From: Selaginella moellendorffii
Taxonomy: Eukaryota > Plantae > Lycopodiophyta
Length of the DNA stretch: 64,000 nucleotides
NCBI RefSeq assembly: GCF_000143415.4
Contig: NW_003314272.1
Coordinates: forward strand, 902,184-966,183
Reading direction: 5' to 3'
Made by a program: the position numbers and the translations under genes. The notes beneath the pieces are model-generated. The model was not told where the DNA came from. It worked only from the letters and a program-made list of their open reading frames with translations, and did not search any database. Shown here one piece after another: positions 1-12,810 of this stretch; position 1 is the first letter of the stretch, and every line of letters begins with the position of its first letter.

Positions 1-1047
1 TCTAAGCTTGGCTCTCTCTCACTTGTCACAAAAGAATGAAACTCTCTTGAAGGGAAGAGAACATGGAGATGAGAGAAGAACAAATTATCAACACTACAAC
101 TCTCGTGATTAATCAGCACCTCTCGCTCATAACCCCATTCATTTCAACAGTATTATTCCTTTCACAATCAATTATACAATTAATATGGGTGGCTCTTTAA
201 GATTTTCATATATCTCTAGATTCTTAACAGTTATATATTTTGTTAAAATAATTAACTCATCCTTTGTAAGGACATAGCTAATTAAAGTTCACAATATAGA
301 AGAATATCTTTATTCTTTCTTCTAAGTTTCTCCTTAAATGTTTTCTAAATGCTTGAGCAAGGAGAAGATATAAGAGAATTTAGTTCGATCAAAAGCCTCC
401 AATTTTTTAATTTAAGAGTGTTATTGGAAAGGGCTTCCTTTGCAAAAGATTTAAGCTAAAGCCAAGATCAGTTAGTTTGGAGAATATATATCACAATAAG
501 GGTAAGCAAATAGAGAAATCCATTATTCTCGGTAGTGTTGTGGGAAAGAATGGGATTTAGTGGGATCTTGATAGATGTATAAGTTAGGAGGTTCTAATTG
601 TAGAATCTTCGAAGTGAGGAGAGGAGAAGATATCAATTTCATAGCCAATTGCATAAGGAGTGAAGGATGAAGTTGTTATTCTCTCTAGCAATGAAAATAA
701 AGAAGATGAGTTTTTAGACTTCCATATAAGGAGGTGCATTCTTTCTAAATTGGTTTTTGATACAATAAATAAGGCATTTTGGCAATCTTAATCATTATGG
801 CTGAAATTGAAGGAGTTTGAGTACATGAAAGGTGAGGAGCTTTTGTCTTCCTATAATGGAAATATATACTTCAAATTTCCACTGGCCAGTTCATCAAACA
901 AGAAGAAGGGCATGGAGACACATCTTGATCCACATAATTAGTGTAGAGTAAAGACGACCAATTTATCCCATTTTGACAGATCCATGTCTATAGTCCATTG
1001 TGGTGGACAACTTGAGTGTATCATTGAGAAATACATTTCTAATCATG
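1..1047 (+). mobile_element. MULE family copy C, 5' part (intergenic region plus start of a degenerate transposase from ATG 349)
   Basis: 1-1047 aligns by eye with the reverse complement of ~38700-39760. It encodes remnants such as ELLSSYNGNIYFKFP...KKGME..LDPHN*CRVKTT..VHCGG, homologous to ORF 51287-52753. Confidence 0.85.
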
Positions 1048-1680
1048 TATAGTGCACGTGGTTTTTACCCTTTACCCTATGGTGATTTACCATAAAATAA
1101 CCATGAAGCAAAATGTAAACCCTTCATATGCCATATGTCGCATGCCACATGTCCTAAGGACAGTGGTGTGGAACCCAAGTTTTAGGGCATTAGGCCATTG
1201 AATGAGAACGGAGCCAAACTCCTAAACATGGAGCTAAAGAGCAAAAAAACTGGAGCATGGAGTGACTCCCAAGTGTTTAGCTCAAGAAGCAAAAGGATAG
1301 GAGTACGGAGTGACTTGGAATAGTCCTAGAGCATCTAGCATCCCAATGCTAGGACCAACACGCAAAATGGAGCCAAATGGAGTCTGACGCTATTTCAGCA
1401 TCCGGGGGCTTAACACAAGGATATATGTACTCCACCAATTGGTATGGTGTGAAATTTGGGTTTAGACCTAAGCCAAACGCAAAACAAGGATAAACAGGAG
1501 CTAAGCTATGCCTCAGGTTAGTTAGCCATACCCAACCTACCCACTATCCCTACTATATATTTGGAACCCCCCACAGCCATCTGTAAGGAACCAACTCCCT
1601 GAGGTGTCAAATGCTAAAGGATCCCTGAAAGCATGACCAAAATGATAAAGAATTCATCGGATGAAACTGAGTCCAAGATC

Positions 1681-2293
1681 AAGTAAGCAACTAATTTTTC
1701 CATTCTACTTTAGTCACTTAACCGCACCTTCGACCACTTGGAGGAGTCTCATTCATAACTTCCATAAGTCCCATTCAGGACTTGGGGCTTGCTAGCCCTG
1801 AGAATGGCATCCATGCCACTCAACCTTTGCACTTGGTCCAAGTGCTCTATGTGTCTGAACCCATGACCGACACCCCAAGGTACCACCAACCTCTCAGCCT
1901 GTTACGCTAAGGACCTTGGTCACACTAGTGGTCCAACACCACCTGCATCGCAGTCCCGTCTCTCAAAGATTAGGCCATCCGTCTATGGGTGATCATCCCA
2001 GATCCATTCCTTAACATCCTTAGGATGCCCACAGACATTGGGAGACACATGCTTTGGGCTTTCACCCCATGACCTGTATTAGTATTCGGACTCAGTCTTG
2101 GACTCAATCTTGGACTCGGTCTCGAACTCGGTCTCAGACTCGATCTCAGACCAAAGCTTAGACTCTGTCTCGGACTCAATCTCGGACTCGGTCTTGGACC
2201 CGATTTCAAATCTTGGACTTGGTCTCGAACTTGGTCTCAGACTCAATCTCAGACTCAGTTTTGAACTTAGTCTTAGAGTCAGTCTTAGACTCA
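1681..2293 (-). repeat. Inverted fragment of the long minisatellite-bearing LTR family
   Basis: 1681-2060 is the reverse complement of the 3' end of the 35103-36749 LTR and is similar to 31795-32160; 2085-2293 carries (GACTCG/GGTCTC)-type repeats. Confidence 0.7.
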
Positions 2294-3726
2294 TGTGAGA
2301 CACAAAATCCCTAGGCCCCAAAGTGGAGCCGGAAGGGTGCCATGTGCTAGTGGCTGAAGCGAAAACCAAACAAGTGTAACAAGTTTGGACTAAAAGATCT
2401 GACTTGAAAGGTCGAGAGCAGGAGTGGAACTCCCAATGAAGTGCTCAAGGAATAAGCATGGAGCAAGCAATAAGTGAGTCTCTAAAAAAGGGACACAAGA
2501 GGACCAACACATGACACATGAAAGTGTTTGAGATGGAGTCCAAGATGGATCCAAGATGGACCCGAGATGGACCCGAGATGGAGTCCGAGATGGAGTCCGA
2601 GATGGATCTAAGATGGACCCAAGATGGACCCGAGATGGAGTCCGAGATGGACCCGAGATGGAGTCTGAGATGGAGTCCGAGATGGACCCGAGATGGACCC
2701 GAGATGGAGTCCGAGATGGAGTCTGAGATGGATCTGAGATGGACCCAAAATGGACCCGAGATGGAGTCCGAGATGGAGTCTGTGATGGATCTAAGATGGA
2801 CCTGAGATGGACCCGAGATGGAGTCCGAGATGGAGTCCTAGATGGAGTCTGAGATGGAGTTCGAGATGGAGTCTGAGATGGATCCGAGATGGACCCGAGA
2901 TGGACCCGAGATGGAGTCTGAGATGGAGTCCAAGATGGACCCGAGATGGTGTCCGAAAAGGACCTGAGATGGAGTCCAAAGTCGAGATCGAGACCGAGAC
3001 CGGGATCGAGACCGAGACCAAGGCCGAGGCTGAGACCGAGCCCAAGGCCGAGGCTGAGACCGAGCCCAAGCTTGAGTCCGAGTCCGAGTCCGAGTCCAAG
3101 TCTGAGTTCGAGTCTGAGAGGGTGAAAGCCTAAAGCGTTCATCTCCCAGACCCTAGGGGGTTTGGTGAGCTCCAAAAGTATAGTAAGGGGCAGAACTCCA
3201 GTGGAGCCAGTTTGGCCCAAAAAGGCTGTGCTCAGGTGCTGGGTGATGGGATAACCACTGGGAAGTCCAAGGCTAGAGTGAATACAGACTGACAAGCAGA
3301 GTAGCTTGGTGAAGTGTTCAAGAGCCAGCTCTAGTTCCCTTAGGAGATCGAATGGTCGATGCTCCCAGTCCAAGTGTGGGTGGCACTAGCTACTTGGATA
3401 CTTAGTGTGGCTCAACAGAACCTCTCTCTAAGCCCATGGTTAAAGCACCCAAAGGCGGAAGGCGGGGAGAGTACTCATAAGGCCCGTGTAGGGCCATGGT
3501 GTTTTGAAATGTTGTCCCAAAGTCCCAGACTGTGGAAAGGAAGAGGAGTAGCCCTCTAGTGTGGTAACCAAGGACATAGTCACATGGTGAGAAAGTCTCA
3601 GAGGACAGTGGGACTTAGTGGTCAAGCCTATGGGCCTTGATCCAGCAGTAGTGTTGGCGAACACGGCCATGGACAGAAAGGGATTTAGTGGGGATCGAAA
3701 AAGAGATATTGAGGAAGGCTATTACA
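2294..3726 (+). repeat. Long LTR (truncated) of the GAGATGGA-minisatellite family
   Basis: Starts TGTGAGACACAAAATCCCTAGG, as at 21070 and 35103, and is collinear with 35103-36370. Confidence 0.8.
2528..3120 (+). repeat. Minisatellite of 11/12-bp units GAGATGGAGTCC / GAGATGGACCC followed by CCGAGA/CCGAGT hexamers
   Basis: Tandem units are directly visible and explain the MESE/PSRT low-complexity ORFs. Confidence 0.95.
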
Positions 3727-5476
3727 AAATCTTAGCCAGCAGCATCACCCTGTAACTCAAGAATCTGGGTAAGTATACATTGCTTCATCATGCATATTCT
3801 CATCTAGGACGGGGGGGGTGTGGGGGCTACAGAGGGTTCCAAAAGTATAGTAAGGGTAATGAGGTCTTGAGGTCTACGAATCAGTCTTGAAAGAACTCTC
3901 TAGTGGTGCTTCCAAACTAACTTGAGGTTGAAATTGGGGTTAAGGGGCCTTGGATGGGAGTGAGCATGGACTCAGGTGGTGCCGAAAAGGCCACCTAAGG
4001 AAGTGCTCAAGAGTAGCTCCCACTCTTGGAAGGGAAACCAACTATGGTGCTCTTGGTTCATATGAAGTGGTGCCCCACTTAAGTACCTTGCGGTTCATTG
4101 GTTCTCGCCCTTCCTAGGGGATTAGGCCTTCCCTTTGGGATGGAAGTGGGGGAGTAGGGGTACCCATACCAGGCCGTTAAGCCATAGTATTTCTTCCAGC
4201 AAGTGTTGCACCCAAAGTGTGGGATTTAAAGGGTCCCATGATCAAGTCTTGTTGTGCCAAAGGATGTTAGGAACTTGGAAACTTGGTGTGCTTGACTGCT
4301 TATGCTTGCAGGGAATGTAGCAAAACCTTAAGTCCAATCTAACCCAGGGAGGGGGATTGGGAGAGATTTGGGTATCCGTGGATGGATGGCTAACATTTTG
4401 TTGCTTGTGTAGTGAATAGCTAAAATCAAGTAGGACCACGTAAAAGTTGGTATAATAAGCAGGAACCTTGGTGAGGGAACTTAGCTAAAACCAAGGCAAT
4501 GTTGGTCAGATAGACGAGATAAGCTGATAAATTGAAAAGGAAAAATTTGTGGCTTACAATTTGGTATCGGAGCCTTTTCCTCAATTCTAGTGAAGGATAG
4601 AGGCAGATTGCTAAGAGATGACAAAGGTAGGGTGTAAACAAACCAAGGCAGAGTGTAAACGAACCAAGGCAAAGATAGAACCTCCTCCAAAACTGGAGCT
4701 TCCTATTAGAAAGCGTTCTCATCGCTTCCATGGATGGTTTTGGCTTGGACAGTTTAGGCTTGGTGAGCACGGTATGACAAGAATTCCTCATAAAAGGAGG
4801 GAGAACATGGTACGGAAGGTAGGTTATATTTTTGGGTTCTATTTTCTCTTCTCTCCTCTTCCGATTTCTTTCCTTTCCTCCTTTGTATTTCTCTTCCATG
4901 GAATATATTGGTGATTCTTGCTAGGAGATTTGGGCAGATCTCAACAGTGGTATTGGAGCATCACTACTGATCGTACTAGGTGTACTAGGCAAGGGTTTGG
5001 CATCATGGCGAAGGATGGGGCTAACGAAGGCGATCCTAAAAAGGATTTTGGTTCCGGGAGTCTTAGCAAATGTCATTTTCAGCCAGTTAATTGGAAAGAT
5101 TGGTAGCATGACTAACTTAGAGTCAGTTATCCCTTTGTTATGTCTCGTATGGGTGCTATGGCAAAATAGGGTTTCTTTGCGAATGGCTTCTCTAGCATCC
5201 TTGGCAAAATTTGTAAACATGAGGCCAAGAAAGAAGTAGATTGAGGCCACCACACTAACAGATGAGGAGCTAGACTGAGTTTCCAATCCAGATCAGGTGT
5301 GTGACCAAGAAGGGGAAAGGGAAGAGCAAGGATTGATAATCCAGCAATTGGAATCAACCATGCAAGCACTGATTGAGCAGAATCTTCTTCACCAGCAGCA
5401 AGTCACAGCTACAATTTGGGACATGCAAGTTTTGGTCCAGTCATTAGTGGATCGATAGGATGAGAGCATAGCAGCG

Positions 5477-6811
5477 ATGCGTCTTTTAGGGGAGAAGCAG
5501 CAGACCTTGGAATCTCGGCTCGAGGAGCTCTGGGTTACTTCCTTGCCCAAGAGGCTAAGCGGGGAATTGCAAGAGATACCACCGCGATGGGGAGAGAGAA
5601 CTCACCTCCTTCCAGAGCATCATGTGAGGCCATGGTATGAGGAATTACGGGAGAAGATGAAGATGGAAGATCCAAGGGTGGTGAGTCCAATCTTGCAATC
5701 ATCCTTCTCTTCCAGGAGTCATGGATTGTTGGGGAGAATGCTGTTCTCTTCATCAGCAGTGAAATGGGATAAGGACAAATTTCAGTTGCCAACTTATGGA
5801 GGCAAGAATGATTGACAGAAGCTGTTGGAGTGGATTCATTGCCATGAGAGAAACTTTGTGATGCGTGAACCTTGGGAGGTGGAGAAGGTACCCTTGGTGG
5901 CCAATTATTTCATAGATTTGGCTTATAAGTGGTATAGCAGCCTGGAGCGGGCTAGAGTGTTTCCGGATTGGGAAACATTCAAGACCATGCTTACTGAGGA
6001 ATTTCTGCTCTCCTCGGTTCAGGACCTTCCGTTCAACAAACTTTGTGATCTATGGTACCACCCACGAACACAGACTTTACAAGCTTTTAACCGGGAATGG
6101 CTAGAAGCAAAGTTTGGCATGGATGATATTCCTGAATCAGCCCTGGTTCAACACTATGTAGCTGCTTTACCCACATCAATGGGAACTGATGTAGCTCAAA
6201 TATCCCCTACATCCATATGTGAAGCCATGCAACTGGCTTTGAATGCAGATCTCAAATACAAAGAGTGGGAGTCAACAAGTAAACCATGTTCCGATTGGCC
6301 TTATTTGCAACCTCGGAGCATGGCTGAAATCAGCAAGCCATTAAGCAATGGATTTTCATCAACTGTAGGGAAACAGCCATTTTCATCCACATGGCTTCCC
6401 CCACAAGAGCGGCTTAAACGATTGGAAGACATGAAGTTGGGCAAGTGTTTTGATTGTGGAGCAAAATGGGAACGGGGACATAGACAGGTTTGTCAGGCCC
6501 GAACCGGTCAGCAACCAGGAGCAAACAGGGGCAGGTTGACAAGTATTCAGTTCCAACAAAACAGCGATGGAGATCTCATTCCTGTGGCTTTTGAGGACTT
6601 GGACTTAGAACAAGAGATTTTTGTTTGGGAGGGTGAGGTGTCATCTCAAGTTCCAGGAGAAGAAGCCACGTTAGGAGCCACCATTTCACTACCATCCTTT
6701 TTGGGGAAGACAGGACCACAATGCATTCGGGTAACAAGAACAGTTTCAGGTTGTCAAGCATTTGTGTTGGTAGACTTGGGAGCTTCACATTCCTTTGTGA
6801 ACCCTCGTTAA
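5477..6811 (+). pseudogene. gag plus aspartic protease of the inner gypsy element
   Basis: Retrotransposon gag-like A..WY...W..F...L..EF; zinc knuckle CFDCGAKWERGHRQVC; protease VLVDLGASHSFV, truncated at ~6808. Confidence 0.85.
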
Positions 6812-7261
6812 GCTCTATTTCGTTAAAGTGGGAATTGTCATTATCCCACTTGTAAAATAAGGTTTCCAAACCTTTATATAGTATATAAATATAACAAAAT
6901 TCAACTGCATTGAGGCACATGCCATTTTATTTTAAACAAGGAAATGTCTACTCAATTACTTCTCCTCCCCCTGCCATTGCTTCACCTCTCTCTTCTCCTT
7001 GTCATCGTCGTTCAATTTCTTTCCATACTTTTAATATTGGCTCAGTTGCTCCGAGTCTAGGTGGAGCCCAAGTCCCCATTCAATCTTTACTTTCCCCTTA
7101 TTAATAAAACAACTTCGTAGACTTCCAATAACATGCTGTAACACGCTGTAACACTTCTAGTATAATGCAAATCCTCTCAAAGAATTGTCTTTTAATATTA
7201 ATACAATGGCATGGAACCCCATGCCATAATAAGTTACATTTTTAAATAAATACATGCCATC

Positions 7262-8134
7262 TCAGACTGTTATTTTTTGCCTCCAACGCCTATACAATAA
7301 TCTTGGAATTTCATCACTCTCCACACTATCAGGATTTAAACCCAATAGTTCTCTAATACGTCCATGCTCATGTTCAGTGGTCGAAGAACCCATCCGGTTG
7401 AGCAGATTATGGAGATGCGGATAGTGCTTGGCTAGACAATATACATGCCATAAATGATGACTGGTGTCTGTCCGATCAAATGGCTTCTGATATACCGTTC
7501 CATCTGCCATTTGGTTGATTTCTGCAGCCACCTCCTGGACTGGCCGGTTCTCTATCACCATCGCTCCAAGCCGTTTTGCAAGGTCCCCCAAAACATACGG
7601 TTTCTTCTCCCTAGTTTCCATACTGCAAGAGATGGGGTGCACTGCATATGTGTGCGTGTTCGCTGCAGTTTTAATCGGCGAGTCATCGATGATGAGGATT
7701 TCACTTGACCTAGCAGTCCGGTTCATCACTACAGCCTCTGGCTTGACGAAGATGGGCTTGCTACCCCTCACATGGACCATAGTCAAGCAATCCTCCTGCG
7801 TTAGGAGAAAGTCAAATGGTAATATTACTCGCGTCTGATCGTGCATCATCTGTAGCAACGTTAATGCATTGTGGCGCATCATGGATGTCCAAACTCCCAA
7901 TTGCAAATTGAACCCGGCCCTCTGTTTTAAGTGTCGCATGGTCATTATTAGATCCCGCAGTTTCTCCCGTGTGATTAATGTGAATCTGTCTCTTTTGACC
8001 AACTTGCGACTGCAGGCTTTGGAGGGTGCAGTGACATTCGAGGACGAGCCATACTCATGGGAGAAAAGGACACCGTTCAGATCAAAAACGATACAGTACC
8101 TTCGCCGTGACTCTGAAATGAAATACGTCAGCAT
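7262..8134 (-). CDS. FCP1/NIF-family HAD phosphatase-like protein (may have an upstream exon)
   Basis: Open 290-aa frame with HAD motif I CIVFDLNGVL, motif II GVWTSM, the motif III lysine in IFVKP and motif IV ILIIDDSPIK. Confidence 0.8.
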   Translation of the reverse strand: MLTYFISESRRRYCIVFDLNGVLFSHEYGSSSNVTAPSKACSRKLVKRDRFTLITREKLRDLIMTMRHLKQRAGFNLQLGVWTSMMRHNALTLLQMMHDQTRVILPFDFLLTQEDCLTMVHVRGSKPIFVKPEAVVMNRTARSSEILIIDDSPIKTAANTHTYAVHPISCSMETREKKPYVLGDLAKRLGAMVIENRPVQEVAAEINQMADGTVYQKPFDRTDTSHHLWHVYCLAKHYPHLHNLLNRMGSSTTEHEHGRIRELLGLNPDSVESDEIPRLLYRRWRQKITV

Positions 8135-9013
8135 AAAAAATGGTACAAGTCAATTTTACCATCTACAATATTAGCGAATGGTGCTCCCGATGGTCGTTGA
8201 GAGGGTTTTGGTCGAGGAAACGTGAAGGGCGGAAATACTCTCCTCTGCAATGTGGGGTCAATCGCATTCGATGGCGTGTGGGCACATTATTCCTTTACAC
8301 GGCGAATAATCTTGGCGCGGATCACTGACATGGCATGGCAAAGTTCGAATCACTGACATGGCACAGCTGGATCGAGGCAAGGACATGATGTGACAAAGTT
8401 CAACGTCCGACAGCAAAGTCTAGAAGCTACTCAGTTTGAAATTTGTCAGAGGAATCATAAGATCTGGTTTGTCAGAGGATTTGATGTGACGTTCAAGTGT
8501 GTGTTATTTTTGAATTCTCGAACTCATTCCTAGGTCTATCATTTTTGTGCGCCGTGTTCTTGGTTCCGCTGAGCGCAGTGAGCACTGCTTGTGTAAGCGG
8601 CGTTGTGAGCTGTGGTTTATGCGTCTACGAGCGGTTGCGGCATTGCGAGCGCCATTGCGAGCGGCAATTTATGCGAGTGGCAGTTTGTGCGAGCGGCGCT
8701 ACGAGCAGTTGCGGTGGTGCGAGCGATGCTACGGTACCACTAATGGTATGAGGGCTCATGCCATCTTGGGGCTTGCAAGTTCATCACTAGCATATTGCCA
8801 ATAGTTTCTTTACCTGCCTGTAGCTATGTGTTTATCAAGATGGCATGAGGCCTCATGCCAATTTTGTGAATGCGAAATTTCACGTGGGTGTCAATAGCAT
8901 GTTTGAATAATGGCATGTGGCCTCATGCTATTGAGGTTGTTTGGTATGTTATGATTTGGGCCATTCTCCAATCATTTTTTGTATGGTCTTAACTTCTTTT
9001 CTGCACTTTCAGA

Positions 9014-11839
9014 ATGGCCTCCGTAAGTGCGACGCATGTTCCCTCCGTGGATCTTAAGAACCGTGCTACATGGATTCAGGCAAAGGTGTTTCTAAACAAC
9101 CCCGAGGGGGAGGTGGTAGCTGAGGGCTTAGCCACAGTTGTCGATCCAAGAGATGCGGTTGCTAATCAAGAATTGGGCTGGGATGATATTGGAGTTGCGA
9201 TTTTAGAGGTTGTTGACACAGAAGAAAACAGTCTGACTATTGGAAGCATTGTGCGGTGGAAATTGAGGCACTTAGTGTTTGAGAATGTGAAAGATTCACA
9301 ATCAAACACCACTACAACTGATGACAGAATATCTCTTCATGGGAAAAGAAAGTACACCTTCCTAAAGCGTAGCCAAAGGGATCTGAGCAACGAACCGAAA
9401 AGGCAGAAAATGGCGATGGAGGTTCGAATGGTTTCGACAGTTGCTTGTTGCAAGAGGAGGTGCTGTCAACATGCTGATTGGGATGCTATTGAAGAGGAGA
9501 GAGCAAGATACAAGACATTGTCCTGGAAGGCAGCTCGCAATTTTGTGTATGAGGCATTACGGTCATCTGTTGATGCTTCAGAACATCAGGTGGGGGGCAT
9601 GGTCTTCCAGAGGGGTTTGGTCTGCATGAAGGCATGGAGAATCATTTATGGAGTCCCTCGAACCACATTCTACAGAATCAAAACTGAGTTCAAGGAACAA
9701 AGGGTTCAACAGGCAGTCCATGGGAACGACGGTACTCACAAAACCAGGGGTCATGTTGTATATGGAGAGGCAATCTTCAAGAGGTTTGTCGAGACATGTA
9801 GCGAGTAGCAACCACATAAAACCCGCCTCTTGGAAGATGGAACTCGATACACCCAACGAGTTCTCCCTTCCATGTATACCAAGGGGGCCATATTGGAAGA
9901 TGTGAATCGGGAACTCCAAAGTAATGGCTACAGGAAGCTGAGCCAATCTAGATTTAGTAGATTGTGGAGCAACAGGTTCAGGGATGTGAGTATAGGAAAG
10001 TACTCCAGCTTTTCAAAGTGTGACGAGTGCACTGCTGTCAAAATGGCTTTGTCGAAGAATTCTTGCATCGCTCAAGAGCGAGAGACGTTGGTTAGAAGGC
10101 GGCTCGACCACAACATCGAGCAGAGAAGCTGCAGGACTGCATATTATCATAACAGGATTCTCTCCATGGACAGACCTGACTCTTACCTCTGCATCATCTA
10201 CGACAAAATGGACTAGAAAAAGACGTGCTTACCTCGACTCAATCCTGCCCCCAAGGCAATCTCTTCATCCATGCAGCTGCCTGTGTCTCTGTTTGGCATA
10301 ATCGCTCATGGGCATGGTGCCCAGAACTATGGGAACTTCTTTGTACCTCTATGGGGTGGCGGGGGTGCAAACATGATGATTGCGTCCCTAGCAAAACACT
10401 TAAGGTCTCTGCAAAGTGCGCAGACTGAGCTGAACGGCCAACCCTTGCATAAGGCCCTTGTCGATCGAACCCCATACAGGGTTCAGCTGGAGGAGGAGCA
10501 AAGGCTTGCAGTATCACGTGGGGCCCCATGCCATCCCAGTGAATATGTTGGCCGTCAGATTGTAGGGTTATCACATGAGGCCTCATGCCATTCCGACGAG
10601 GCTGGTCGCCCGGTGAATGCACAGCCTCATCCAAACGAAGCAGAATCTCAAGGAAGTTCTTGCGGCCGATGTGGCCTTCCACCCCATCTTCTGCTCCAAA
10701 CAAACAATGCTGGCAGTGAGAACAAAAACATGTACGTCTTCGCGTACTTGGCGATGCTTGTTGCCAAAGGCATATTTGAAACGGTTACACTTGGCTTTCT
10801 CATGGTTGGGCACACTCATGAAGACGTCGATGCCATGTTCAGTCACTTGGCAGAGTCCCTCCAGCGATCCAATGTCCTCACCCTCCCACAACTCTACAAT
10901 GAATTCCAAAATTGCATCAAAGGCACTGTTGAAGCTGCACTTGTGACAGAGGTTCCAGACTTTAAGGGGTTTGTAAGAGGCTACATCAGGGACGGATCCG
11001 AAACACTGATTGGCCACTCCAAGCCTCTTCAGTTTCATTTCAGCATGCGTGACGGTGCTCCAGTGATGAGGTACAAGATGAGAGAATGGGACACAGTGTG
11101 GCTGCCAGTGGACGGCATTGAACTCTTCAAGAGAGATCCCATAACTGGGGAACCTATGATTCCTCAGGGTTCCCTACGGCCAATGCACCCGGATGGACTC
11201 AAAGACCAAGAAAGTATAGTGGCCGGGATTAGATAGCATATTGCCTTCTGGAAGAGGGGGTTGGTGTTTGGTGGAGAATCCTATTTTCAGAGGTGCAAGC
11301 CTTTGCTCGAATACTGGGAGAAGATTATATCTGCTATCCAAAATGGGCCGGTTGTATATGAAGAATTGGAAGAGTCCTTTTGGCCAGAACCCAGAGCACC
11401 AGATAGTAGCAGAACAATGTCCTCTAGAAATGCAGTGACAGATAACGATGTTGAGGATCACTATTGTGGGCCGAGGAACAAGAAGCCGGATTCAGCATTC
11501 AATCCAGTACAGGTCTGCAAAGGAATGGTCGTGCTTGTCAGACCCAGTAATAAAAAACAAATGATATGGGTGGGGCGCTGCATCACTAATGCAGAGGAGG
11601 ACGCGGAAACTAACTCCTTCAATGTAACTGTGGAGTGGTTCAAGCCAAGTTCCGGATATACGAAGGATTGCTTGGAAAAGAGATGGGTGCTGAATCCAAG
11701 GGATCCTAGCATGAGCATATCGGTGGATAATGTTGTGCATGGTTGGATGCGGAAGCAGAGTGCCACCATCACCTTGCCAGACCATGCAAGAGATGTAGCA
11801 AGAGCATTCATAACCTGGGTTCAAGGTGAGATTCATTAA
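9014..11839 (+). pseudogene. Sola/DUF7869-like DDD transposase, ~941 codons with three in-frame TAG stops
   Basis: ORFs 9014, 9830, 10271 and 11261 share one frame. Motifs: CCKRRCC, VCMKAWRIIYGV, FSKCDEC, IIYDKMD(*), LLLQTNNAGSENKN, FLMVGHTHEDVDAMFS. A splice acceptor TTTCAG lies directly before ATG 9014. The superfamily assignment is from memory of motifs. Confidence 0.65.
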
Positions 11840-12552
11840 TATTCCTTTACTAAGTTTCTAATATATTTTATTTCAAGGTGAACAATCCGAATCTGAATCA
11901 GAGGAGGCGTGATGGCATATGGCCTTACGCCATTCCTAGGTGAGATGATACAAATAACAAGTATAAATTCTTAGTTGTTCTAGCAAATCTTACTTAAAGT
12001 TCAAGGTGAACAAGCTGAATATGAATTCATCGGATTGTTATAACAAATTGCGAGGTGATGACATGAGGCGATACGCCATTTGAGAGTGGTAGCCATTCCT
12101 ATATGAGGTGAGTGAAATATTTATTAGAAATACCTCATTCAATTGTGCACTTCTAAGTCTTGGTCCACTCAGTATTGTTTGCATGTTTCTATTTTAATTC
12201 TTTCTCTAAAATGTTATTTAGCATGTGGCTTCATGCCATTGCTCTCCACAATCATGCATTGAATTTTTCTATCCTTGCATAATACTTCTCTATATATATA
12301 GCATGTGCGCACATGTGATATGGTTCATTAGGCCTAATATAGTGTGTGAGGTAAAACAAAGATGATGTGACATATGCATTTACCAATCACACGTGCATAA
12401 ATCTAATAATATGGCGTGTGGCCCATATTAATGGCACATAAACCCATATTGTGGGCTTACGTGCTTTATGTACCATCATTCCCTTGCAGCGTGTGTGTTG
12501 GTTTCCTTTTATAACACAACGAACTCCATATTTTAGGGTGAAGAGCGTTCTC

Positions 12553-12810
12553 ATGGCAAGCACAAAATCTGTAAGTGAGGCAGAAAAGGAGACGGAGAAG
12601 GAGATAGGTGAAGATGTAGAATATATAAGTCTTTCAAACTCCCCGTACTATACTCCAGGTGATCATTTTTCTGAACAAACAGCAACATTAACAACTATCA
12701 AGAACGCCCCAGTAACGTCAGAGACAACAATCCAAAGCAAAACAACTGACCCGAAGAAGGATGATAGTACCACTGAGAGTACCAAAAAGGAGGTGTCCAC
12801 TAGCGCTTAG
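12553..12810 (+). CDS. 85-aa Ser/Thr/Lys-rich microprotein, homologous to 60248-60493
   Basis: YISLSNSPYYTPG...KNAPVTSETTIQSK...DSTTESTKK aligns with FVSLPQSPYYTLG...KNAPITSETTIQSK...DSTAESTNK. Confidence 0.65.
   Translation: MASTKSVSEAEKETEKEIGEDVEYISLSNSPYYTPGDHFSEQTATLTTIKNAPVTSETTIQSKTTDPKKDDSTTESTKKEVSTSA

Noticed and set aside
2528-3120. CRISPR-like array
   Set aside because: The units are contiguous with no unique spacers, there are no cas genes, and the context is eukaryotic.
1970-3373. Long ORFs with MESE/PSRT/LGLG repeats (also 34945-36027)
   Set aside because: Translations of the LTR minisatellite; open in several frames and on both strands.
9014-11839. Alternative genetic code (TAG = Gln)
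   Set aside because: TAG/TAA stops from C->T changes pervade all the decayed elements here and G->A changes co-occur; methyl-cytosine deamination is more parsimonious.
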